DNA of 60,543 bases from Fonticula alba ATCC 38817 (Eukaryota > Protista > Nucleariida). The notes beneath the pieces are model-generated. The model was not told the origin of the DNA. It was given only the letters and a program-made list of their open reading frames with translations, and did not search any database. Below are positions 1-10,066 of this stretch, piece after piece (position 1 is the stretch's first letter; each line of letters begins with the position of its first letter). Where the stretch lies: assembly GCA_000388065.2 (NCBI GenBank), contig KB932201.1. One strand, written 5' to 3'. The position numbers and the translations under genes are program-made.

Positions 1-262
1 GGGCAGGGAGGGTGGGATAGAGTGTTCGCACGATGCTTGAAAGGTGGAGGTGGCGACCAGTGGCGGTAGGGGCCATCCGGGAGAGCATGGAGGGCGCGCG
101 CGAAGCGGCACGGGCGCAAGCAGACAGCATGGGAGGGCAACAGCAGGAGCTGGGACGGAGGCAGAGACGCGGACAGGGGGATACAGGCGATTGGCCAGAG
201 GCGGAGCCATCAAGGTCGCGTGGTGGATCTTCAAGAGTGTAGATCGCCGCCCGGAGAGCCCA

Positions 263-264
263 TG

Positions 265-295
<31 letters not shown>

Positions 296-296
296 C
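263..296. repeat. (GT)n microsatellite
   Basis: Near-perfect GT dinucleotide run seen directly in the sequence. Confidence 0.9.
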
Positions 297-705
297 CCCG
301 GACTCATGTCCTGCGGGTGCGATGCTTGCGCTGGCAATTGGCTGGCCCTCGGCCAGGATCTAACCCCACGTGCTGATGCCCGATCTGTCCGCCCCCCCCC
401 CCCCCCCCAGAGCCCAATATTGGAAGGCGACATTGCTCCCGGGTCCCCCACCCGCTCCAGGGGGGACGCCACGAGAAGGCCCCAGAACAACGCCTGCCGC
501 GCCACCACCCCCCCCGAGTTCAGACGTGTGCCCCCCCCCCCCCCCCCCCACCGCCAACTGGCCTCCTTTGGGGGGGCATGAGGCTGGGCTGCCCATTACG
601 GAAGGGCTTCAGCCATTCGCCCTTCCCTGGTCCTCTCCCCCTTCTCCTCTCCCCCTTCTCCTCTCCCCGCTCTCCCCCTCCCCTGTCTCTCCTGGGATAC
701 GCTCC

Positions 706-2545
706 ATGTCTTCTGCGCTGTCAGTGCGGGTCCGCCATCTTCCGGATCCGCTTCCCCACGATGAGGAGCTCCTGTTGAAAGCCACACCGCTGGCACCCTC
801 GCTCCAGCAACGCGCTGGCGCCCATCCCCCAAGCTGCCACACTCGTCGCGGGGTGTGCACGACACCTGGAGTCGAGGCGTCTGGGCGGCACTGGCAGCTG
901 GATGTGTGCTTCGCCGGCGGCCCAGCCTCTGGCGGTGTATTCCCCCTCCATTCACCCAGTGCCGAGGGAGTCGACACTGGCAGCTTCATCGCCCTCGCCG
1001 GGCGGCTATATGGCCCACCAGGAGTCGATGGTAGCGAGGCGCCCGCGATCTGTCACCTTAATAGCGAACTGGAGGCGCTCCATTCGCGCGAATATGACAT
1101 CCCCTCCGGGGAATTCTCCCAGCTGGTGGCCAGTCGCCTGTCCGCCCCCATTCGGCGCCTAATGGGCGAGTGGAGCCTGGTGATCTTTGGTGTGCGTCCC
1201 CCGACCTCCCTGCTCCGATGAGCTGCCGCCGTCTCACAATGCCGCCCAGGCGCCAAGCCATACCTTGCTCTTCTCGCGTGATGCGNNNNNNNNNNNNNNN
1301 NNNNNNNNNNNNNNNNNNNNNNNNNNNNNNNNNNNNNNNNNNNNNNNNNNNNNNNNNNNNNNNNNNNNNNNNNNNNNNNNNNNNNNNNNNNNNNNNNNNN
1401 NNNNNNNNNNNNNNNNNNNNNNNNNNNNNNNNNNNNNNNNNNNNNNNNNNNNNNNNNNNNNNNNNNNNNNNNNNNNNNNNNNNNNNNNNNNNNNNNNNNN
1501 NNNNNNNNNNNNNNNNNNNNNNNNNNNNNNNNNNNNNNNNNNNNNNNNNNNNNNNNNNNNNNNNNNNNNNNNNNNNNNNNNNNNNNNNNNNNNNNNNNNN
1601 NNNNNNNNNNNNNNNNNNNNNNNNNNNNNNNNNNNNNNNNNNNNNNNNNNNNNNNNNNNNNNNNNNNNNNNNNNNNNNNNNNNNNNNNNNNNNNNNNNNN
1701 NNNNNNNNNNNNNNNNNNNNNNNNNNNNNNNNNNNNNNNNNNNNNNNNNNNNNNNNNNNNNNNNNNNNNNNNNNNNNNNNNNNNNNNNNNNNNNNNNNNN
1801 NNNNNNNNNNNNNNNNNNNNNNNNNCCCCCCCCCGCCGATCCAAGCCGCCGCCATCCAGACCGCGACTGGAGATTGGTATGCGTGAATGCGCCCCGTGCG
1901 GAGGTCGATCGCTGCTCAGATCCCACGACCCCTGGGACAGGCGTGCCAGCAGTCTGTCTCCCGGGACGCACGGTCCTGGACTTGTCGCTGGCGCGGGTTC
2001 TTTGGTTTGGTGCTCGAGGCCAGGGCATTCTCCACTCCACCGGTCGACCCTACTGGGTTCGGGCGTCGACGCTTCTGGTGGGCACCGGAGCCGATGAGCT
2101 CTTCGGCGGGTATACGCGCCATCGGCGAGCATTCGAGCGCGGTGGATCGACTGGTCTGGAAGCCGAGCTTCGCGCCGATTTGATTCGACTGCCGGGTCGG
2201 AACTTTGGTCGAGACGATCGAGCAGTCGGGGCCTGGGGCCGGCATCTCTCGGCGCCATTTGCCTGTGAGCGTTTGATGCGCGAGGTGGCCGGCTGGCCGG
2301 TGGCCTGCCGGGCGCCCTTCCATGAAGAGGACGAAGGGGAGGGAGGAAAAGAAAAAGCCAGGCCCCCCGCGCTTCTCCGGGCAGACAAACGGCCGATTCG
2401 AGAATTGTGTGACACGCTGATGCGTGAAAATGCCAACTCGTGCGACTTGACTCCTTCCGCTTCGGCCAATCGCCCGAAGCGAGCGATGCAGTTCGGCTCG
2501 CGCGTGGCCGATCCTCGGGAAAATGGTGCCGACCATGCCTTTTAA
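706..2545 (+). CDS. ASNSD1: Asparagine synthetase domain-containing protein 1-like (yeast YML096W family); interrupted by N gap 1286-1825
   Basis: The C-terminal part has family motifs TVLDLSLARVLWFGARGQG, TLLVGTGADELFGGYTRHR, RNFGRDDR and PKRAMQFGSR. The apparent frameshift near 1200 resolves as a 58-nt intron (GTGCGT at 1192 to CAG at 1249), giving GEWSLVIFG|APSHTLLFSRD, a class II amidotransferase-like motif. The start at ATG 706 is assumed. Confidence 0.85.
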
Positions 2546-2690
2546 GTTTCGCGAAATGGAATGTGTTTGATTTTATGTTCATTGGAGTGGAGAGAGAGGG
2601 AGAGGGAGAGGGAGGGAGAGGGAGGGGGGGGGGGGGGGGGGGGGGATGGCAGAAGAGGAAGAAAGAGAGCGGAGGCACAGGGAGTGGCCC

Positions 2691-3466
2691 TCAGGGGAAA
2701 GCTTCATGGGCGCTGGAATTGTGCTTGTTGCTCCAAGAAGACGCGGCGGCCTCGGCCGGGAGGTCGGCATCCGAGTCATCGTCTTCTCCATCGGCGTCCT
2801 CGCCCGGGTGGGAGGTGGCATGGATTGTGCTCGCCTCCTCGGCCCGGTCAAGGTGCTCGTCAGTCTCAACATCAAAGAGGGGATCATTCAGACCAATCAT
2901 GCTGGCCACGAAGTCGCTGGCCTTGATGACACCTAGCACGATAGCAAGCAGAGGGGATTGGTCAGTCGAGCAAGAAGGTGGAGGGGAGCAAGTCAAATGC
3001 CGAGCGGGGAAGACATACCACGCCAGGTTCGCTGGGCCAGCGACGCTAGGGGAGACTCATCCGGCGGACCAGCCGCCGGATCAGCAGTGTTCAAATGGGG
3101 CTGCGCAGGGAGGGGAGGAAGGCCCATCTCGGCACGCATACGGTTGGTCGAGTCCACGAATAGTTGGTTCAGCTCCGCATCCACCTCGGGGTCATCGGGG
3201 TCGGCGTCGGAATTGTCGAAAATCCACATTTCCTGCGCCCGAAGAGAAGTTAGATGCCATGCGGGCCATGCAGCTCCATGGGAGGCGAAATGGAGCGGAG
3301 AAGAGACCAGAGGAAGGGGCAGTGCCACACGTACCCGCCCATTGCCAGAGGTCACCTTGACCAAGCGTGTCCCATCGGGCCGGATCATGACCTGTCTCTC
3401 CCCCTGCGTCGAGGTGGAAGGCTCGCTGGGATTGGAGAGGGCCAGCTGGCCGTCGGAGTGGGTCAT
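2691..3466 (-). CDS. Hypothetical protein of ~200 aa with an acidic tail; weak FAM177-like segment
   Basis: Three modelled exons: 3466-3335, 3232-3019 and 2932-2691, with GTACGT/GTATGT donors and CAG/TAG acceptors that keep the frame. The segment ASDFVASMIGLNDPLFDVETDEH loosely resembles the FAM177 core. Confidence 0.55.
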
Positions 3467-3500
3467 ACTGTGAGCAGAAGAGGGCTTGAGTGGAGGGGAT

Positions 3501-3502
<2 letters not shown>

Positions 3503-3550
<48 letters not shown>
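3503..3550. repeat. Poly-G homopolymer (~48 nt)
   Basis: Seen directly; lies just upstream of the minus-strand gene. Confidence 0.9.
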
Positions 3551-3552
<2 letters not shown>

Positions 3553-5334
3553 GAGAGAGGGAGGCACCCGGTGGGGGGAGGAGGATGAGGAAGAAGGAAT
3601 CTGGGGGGCGGTTGCGGCGGACCGCCTGGTAGGTGGGATTTATTCGGGCGCCCTGGAGAGCGTGCCCCTCCCCAACTGCATGGGCAGGCGGGGGAGGGGG
3701 GGGTTCGCTCGAAGGCCCACACGGGGCGAAGAAGGTGGTCGGATGGTGTTGCGGGCCAGCCCTATCTCCATTCCCGATCGCTGGGGGATCGCCTGCCGGA
3801 TTGGAAGTGTTATGTATCATGTGCTTCCTATATCACCACCCAGCGTCTTGACTGGGGATCTGGCACGTGTGCGCGTGATTGGTTGTGGCGGGTTTATTTG
3901 GTATTCAAGTGGCATTTTTCGCAGCTCAAACCCCGTCAGCACCGGTCGGAGGTCGCGCAAGTGACGTAAGAACAGCGGCGCGAGAGCCGTAGGAAGGAGG
4001 GAGGGGCGGAGGGGCGGAGGGGCAGAAAGAAGATTCCTGGCTTGCCTGGTCATAACAAGGAGTCAGGCCAGGAGCAAAGGCAAGGGCGGGGGGGGGGGTC
4101 ACGAAGAAGATTCTACCGCGGTCGAGTGCTTTCCCGAGCGTGGGAGAACTCCTGGACCTTGGTTTGTGGGGCGCGCTGCGGGGGGATATTTATTTTTTAT
4201 CCCCAATATTTGTTGTTTCTTCCCCCCAGGGGCTCTTGGGGGGGGGGGAGGGAAGAGGAAATGTGCTGCCAAGGCACTGGCCCCTCCCCCTGGCCCGGGG
4301 CTTCCTGGGAACGATTCGTCGTTTAGAGTTCGTGTGCCATCATCACATTTGCACCCGAGCATATGGCGGCTAACCTGGACGCGGGCGCTGGGCCTTCGCG
4401 AAGGTCCTAGCATTCCCACGTTCGAACGGTCCCTCGGTCCCTCCCCCGCCCCGTTCGTTCTCCATTTGGTGTTTGATCCACAGTACCTAGTTCGGGGCGG
4501 GGAGCGGCGGGACGGGTGGCCCCCTTCCCCCCCCCCCCCCGCCCCCCGCTGCTTTGCTGCCCATGACTGAGTCTTCCCGCCCTGCCCCCTGGCACCTCCC
4601 CACTGTGGGGATAACGCGAGTCGATCGGAGCTCAGCGGGCAACCAGCGACCCCCCGCCCCCCGTCCGCCCCTCCCCATCTCGCTCGCGTCCAGGTGCGGA
4701 CCCCTGTTGTGTTGAGCAACCAGGTGTGTGTGCACCTCTTGCCGCCGGGCTCCCCGGTCAACAACCAGGGGACCTCCTGCTTTGGGCCCGGGCAACATGG
4801 CCCAGCTGAGCCGCCTCCAACAACTCCTTTCGGTATCTCCCTACATGAGGCGGAAGCGGCGGACGAACCTCCTATTCGCAGGCCTGGCAAGATTTGATCG
4901 GGGCTGCTGCTTGTTGGCCTTCTCGGGGAAGGAATGCCTGACGCTAGCCGCGGCCGAAGGCATGTGAACGCGATGTGTTGCTGCCTCTAGACGGCGGCGA
5001 TTGCGCAATATTTTTTTCCTCCCCCTCCTGGGACGAGGGGTCCTTGCCTCACCTCCTGCCGCCCTCTGTCATCGATTGAGGCAGTGTGGGGGGGGGGGGG
5101 GGACAGAGAAACGTGTTCGACGCGGGGCGGAATGCCCCGCCGCATGTCTCCTCCCATCTCTCCGCGGCGCGCTGGCTGGCGTCTTCGTCCTCCTGGTGCC
5201 CTTACCCCCCGGGGCAGGTCTTGCATGGGAGGCTGGGTCCATTCTTGTCCTGCCTGGGGCAAGGGCTGTTTGGTTGTCCGCTTCGCCACCTCCCCCCTTG
5301 CCGCGCCGTGCAAGTTTTTGTCGAGGACGGAGAG

Positions 5335-5420
5335 GTGTGTGTGTGTATGTGTGTGTATGTGTGTGTATGTGTGTGTATGTGTGTATGTGTATGTATGTGT
5401 GTATATGTGTGTGTATGTGT
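5335..5420. repeat. Compound (GT)n/(GTGTAT)n microsatellite
   Basis: Seen directly; lies upstream of the Rtc3-like gene. Confidence 0.9.
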
Positions 5421-5830
5421 GGGTGTGGGGGTGTGTAGGAGGGCGTGTGTTGGCACGCCCTCCTCAGGTGCGAGGAGGCCCCCCTGCCCCGGGGGGGGGG
5501 GAGGGGGAGGGGGAGGGGGGTGCGGTCATGGGCTTCGCCTTTCCTCACGATTCCTGGGGGTATATAAACGCCCGCCCCACGGCCCCATCTTCTCAACCTT
5601 CATCACCCAACATCAATCATTTGTATTGTGTATGTCCCTCCCTCCCTCCCTCCCTCCCTCCCCCCTCCCCCCTCCCCCCTCTCCCCTCTCCCCTCTCCCC
5701 TCTCCACAGCATCCCGTCTCCCAGTCCCCACCCATCCAAATCAAAGCCACTGACTCCTATTCAGATCCCAACTCTCAGCTAGTTCTTCGCTTTTTCCTCT
5801 CCCCCCTTTCTCCCTCCACCTTCAGCAACC

Positions 5831-6220
5831 ATGTCGTCCACCCATACCGAGAAGGTCGTCTACAACCCCCCCCACCCCGTCACCGGGCACCCCCAGCAGA
5901 ACTTCATTGTCTTCTGCAACCCCGGCTACGCGGCCAAGTACGCTAGCCAGTTCGACCCCAACACCCCGAAGCCGGCCTCCGGCAAGCGTGAGGAGATCCA
6001 CCCCCGCCAGGTCCTCCAGACGGATGACATCTACTACCATCCCTCCGACTCGCGCACTCTGCAGCTCCCCTCCAAGAAGGAGCTGGCCGATGCCTTCGGC
6101 ACTGAGAAGCGTGACGAGATCATCCAGACCATCCTGCGCAAGGGTCAGATCCAGCCGGTCGAGAGCGCCAATGAGGCGCGCGGCGGGAACACCAACTTCC
6201 GCCAGCCCTCCCACCACTAA
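5831..6220 (+). CDS. RTC3: Stand-alone SBDS/Sdo1 N-terminal-domain protein (Rtc3/YHR087W-like), 129 aa
   Basis: Intronless ORF with strong C/G-ending codon bias. The motif PSKKELADAFGTEKRDEIIQTILRKG matches the SBDS N-domain, and the NFIVFC strand and GGN tail resemble Rtc3. SBDS domains 2 and 3 are absent. Confidence 0.8.
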   Translation: MSSTHTEKVVYNPPHPVTGHPQQNFIVFCNPGYAAKYASQFDPNTPKPASGKREEIHPRQVLQTDDIYYHPSDSRTLQLPSKKELADAFGTEKRDEIIQTILRKGQIQPVESANEARGGNTNFRQPSHH

Positions 6221-7761
6221 ATGCGCCATCATGGCCCTGGCCTTTGGTGTGCGTGTGTGCGTGTCCGTGTGTGTGCCCCCATGCCTTCCTCCGCGCCCCA
6301 CTCTCCCCCATGTGCGAGTGTGCGTGAGGGCAAGAGCATATACACATGGAGCAGTCATGTGCTGATCCTCGGCCCTGTGTCACCCTAGGATACATGGGTC
6401 TAGCAGTTGATCGCACATACCACGACGTCATTCGTCCCCCCCCCCCCTCCTCGTTCTCGTTAGAACAATTGCTCTGGATGCGAGCGCTTTCTCTACCCCT
6501 CCTTTCTTGATGGAGACGAGAAGATAGCTCCCCACAACTCTGTGTACTCCTCCGAGCATCTGAAACTGGCACGCCCTTCCTCCTGCTGGGTTGTGCACCC
6601 CTCGTGGGTTTTTCAAGGTCCGACAAGGGCCTTTCCATGCGTCCATGCATGCCTCTCCTTCCTCCCCCACCCCCTTCCTCCATTCGAGCGACTGGGACTC
6701 TTCTCCCGAGTTCAGCTGCTGCTGCTGCGATCGCATGTGTGCATACATGTACACACGTATGCCTATTCTTCTGCATATGGCGTCGCTACACCGGCATGCG
6801 GTATGTCCGCTGCTTGGGAGAATGTGAGGCGAGCACCCCCCCCCCCCTCCTCCTCCAACTGCGACAGGGGAAGTGTTTGCGCCTTTTCGTGCAGAGAAAC
6901 GCGCCTTTCTCCGCAGGGCGAAAGACACACCGCATACACACCTCTCTCTCTGTCAGCAGAAGGGGAGCTGCGATGGTGACTGCAATGTGCCAGCATCCCA
7001 AACCCCTTGGAGACATTTCTCTCCCTCCCTCTCTCCTCTCTCTACACACACATTCACACACACAAAATCCATGTAATCCTCCTACTCCCCTCTCCCACTC
7101 AACAATCCACAAATACATCCACACCCATAAGACGCCTTGTTGTTGATCCTCTCTCTTTTGCCACCACTTTCGGTCTTTCTTCCCCCCTGTCTGCCTTTTC
7201 CCCCCACCAGGCATTTCCCCGACTGTATATCATCCATGGGCTCTGATCTNNNNNNNNNNNNNNNNNNNNNNNNNNNNNNNNNNNNNNNNNNNNNNNNNNN
7301 NNNNNNNNNNNNNNNNNNNNNNNNNNNNNNNNNNNNNNNNNNNNNNNNNNNNNNNNNNNNNNNNNNNNNNNNNNNNNNNNNNNNNNNNNNNNNNNNNNNN
7401 NNNNNNNNNNNNNNNNNNNNNNNNNNNNNNNNNNNNNNNNNNNNNNNNNNNNNNNNNNNNNNNNNNNNNNNNNNNNNNNNNNNNNNNNNNNNNNNNNNNN
7501 NNNNNNNNNNNNNNNNNNNNNNNNNNNNNNNNNNNNNNNNNNNNNNNNNNNNNNNNNNNNNNNNNNNNNNNNNNNNNNNNNNNNNNNNNNNNNNNNNNNN
7601 NNNNNNNNNNNNNNNNNNNNNNNNNNNNNNNNNNNNNNNGGGGGTCCGCCTGCCAGGTGAGCGACTTTGCTGCGCCCAAGGGCAGAGATGAGAGAGAAGA
7701 GAGCATGGCCCTGGACGGGACCGGGGGAGAGAGAGAGAGAGAGTCACACCCAGGCGAGCAC

Positions 7762-8470
7762 CTACTCGGAGGCGGCAGCAGGCACGGAGGGACTCGGTGC
7801 CGGAGCATGGAACACCTTCTTGAACTCCTCGGTCTTGACACGACGATCCTTGTCAATTTGCTTGAGAAGCTGGTCCGTGCGGACGTTGGAGTTGTCGGCA
7901 ATGTGCTGCATGACATTGTCCAGGGCCTCATTGTAGTAAGACTCGATGCACTCGCTGGCCAGGCGGGACTTCTTCAGGAAGGAAAAGAACGAGCAACCCA
8001 GAGTGAAGAGGCAATCATCGGCCTCCTTGGTCAGCTCGAGGCAGGAGGCACGAGCTGAAGCGCATGCCAGGCCAGCAACCGGTCAATAATGGGTCATGCT
8101 CAGGTGAAAGGCGGCGGGGGCTACAACGTTGGAGGCGGGCCAGGGAGGATGGGCGAGAAAAGAGATAGAGGGAGAGAGGGAGAAGGGGAGAGAGGGAGAG
8201 AGAAAGGGAGAGAGAGGCGGAAGAGGTCACACGGCAGGGCGTACCGTTTAGGCGGATCTCCTTCTTGATCTGGCCCATCATCAGGCCATTCATGGCCATG
8301 GACTGGGTAAGGCGCCCATGGGCAGGTGAGTCCTCTGGGAACTCCTCGCGGAAGGCGCTGGTGTCGGGGATCGGGAGCTCCGCCGTGCTCTCATGCTCGG
8401 TGGAGGGGATAGTGCCATACACGAACTCCCGGTAGGAGCTGTCGTTGTTGTTGCTTCGGCTCATGTCCAC
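7762..8470 (-). CDS. CX9C-motif protein, CMC1/COX-assembly-like; 5' structure uncertain
   Basis: An intron from 8244 to 8055 (GTACGC..CAG) joins KKEIRLN|ARASCLELTKEADDC...ECIESYYNEA; stop TAG at 7762. There is one exact CX9C, and ECIESYYNEA resembles the CMC1 fourth-Cys region. Additional upstream exons up to ~9100 are possible. Confidence 0.5.
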
Positions 8471-10066
8471 AAGTGGGAAAGTGGGAGGCAGGGGGCGGGG
8501 GGGAGGGAGGGAGGGTAGGGGCGCAGAGAGCGAGTGGGGGGGTCTCAGGGAGGGAGATAAGCTGACGTTTGATGGATTCCTGCAGATAGACGAGAGACCC
8601 GAGAAGGAGGAGAAGGTGGCTATGGGGCGGAAGGGAGGGGGGATGAGCGCAAATGGGGGGGGGGGGGGGCGGTGTGGAGAAAGTACCTTCAGGCTTTCCA
8701 GCCGGGGGGATGCGGTGGCTCAAAGGGAGTGAGGAGATCGGACTCGGAACACAAGGCCCAGATGGAGGGGCAGTAGGTTGGCATGCCGGATAGCGCGTGA
8801 CCGAGGGCCGGTCAGCCGGCGCGTCTTCCCCAAGTGGTTCAGTTGCCCAGGCCTATGCATGTAATCCAAATGACGGAGACCACGAATGTAAACTCAGAGA
8901 ACCGTCAGGGTTTATTAAGTGTGAAGCGGGACCTGCCGCCTCGGCAAGGGATGCCCTCATCTGGAATCGGTTCTGTAGCTCCTCCGGAGGCACGTGACAC
9001 TCTCCGTCAGTCAGAACGGGCTTGGTGTGGAAAGCGGGCTCCCCGCCCCGGAGAAAAGCTGGCACAAACGCGAACCGGCGGCGGGCTGAGCCTGACATGA
9101 TTCCGCCTGCGCCTCGCTGCTGTGGGATCGCCGTGGTGGAGTTTGCCAAGAACCTCTGCCGGAAGGTCGGGGCCACTTCCGTCCCCCCCCCCCCCCCCCA
9201 CGACCTGGGACCAAGGGGGCGCTCGTTCCTGGGCGGGCGCACGGGGGACGCCTGGACGGAATTTCTGTCCTTGTGTCTGTGTGTGTGAGTGAGCACACTA
9301 AATGTCCCGCACCACCACCGGCCCCGGAGTCCTCGTGCCGATGGTCAAGGAGACCCAGCGAGCGGATCCGCGCACCGCCCTCCTTCGCACAAGGCACACT
9401 GCTCCTTGGGAAGGGGGGGAGGGGTGGCTCTGCGGGCCCCATGAATTCCCGACACCAAGAGCCCCCCCAGAAGCAACACCAGCACGCACAGGGGAAAGGG
9501 GGGACAGGGCGACGAGACTGCAGACACTCCCTCCCCTCCTTTACCTCCGACGCGGGGTGATGACGGACAGGGAAGAGGAGAGACGAGGAAAGGAGGCCGC
9601 GTGGATAGAGAGAGAGAGACACACACACATGGAGAGAGAGCGGGGGCGGGCATGGGGGGGGGGACAGGATACGTGCGGGGGGGGGGAGGAGGAGCAGAGA
9701 GCGAGCGGGTGCTGTGCGGGAAAATATCACATTTGTAGGTATTGTTTATCACTAACAAAGGTAACAGGGAAGACAAGACCACGTCCGAGTGGGCCTTGGA
9801 TGACTGGAGGGGAGAGAAGGGCGACGGCCAGAGGGAAGGAGGGACGCGCAGCATCGAGGGGGAGGGAGGCGGCGAGGCGAGGGCCAGCCTGGAGGGAGAA
9901 AGAAGCTCCCAGCAGACAGAGAACGACACACACGCCGGGCCGGCGCGGCACCCCCGACGACACGCGTTGGCCGCCTTCACCCGGACGACCGTCGACCACT
10001 TCTCGTCTTCAGCCAACCCACACGAGGAGGAAACGCTGAATTTGTAGGACGACAACCGAGGAGCCT

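Noticed and set aside
1-700. ASDURF-like upstream ORF before ASNSD1, as in vertebrates
   Set aside because: The short ORFs here show no prefoldin-like coiled-coil pattern, and the G-rich top strand at 1-260 suggests minus-strand sequence instead.
1186-1260. Apparent frameshift or UGA readthrough in the ASNSD1-like gene
   Set aside because: Explained by a canonical 58-nt GT-AG intron (1192-1249) that restores the family motif.
4300-4990. Structured-looking intergenic sequence (e.g. GCCTTCGCGAAGGT palindrome) as an ncRNA or small gene
   Set aside because: No recognisable snRNA, SRP, RNase P/MRP or tRNA motifs, and the ORFs lack coding bias or family motifs.
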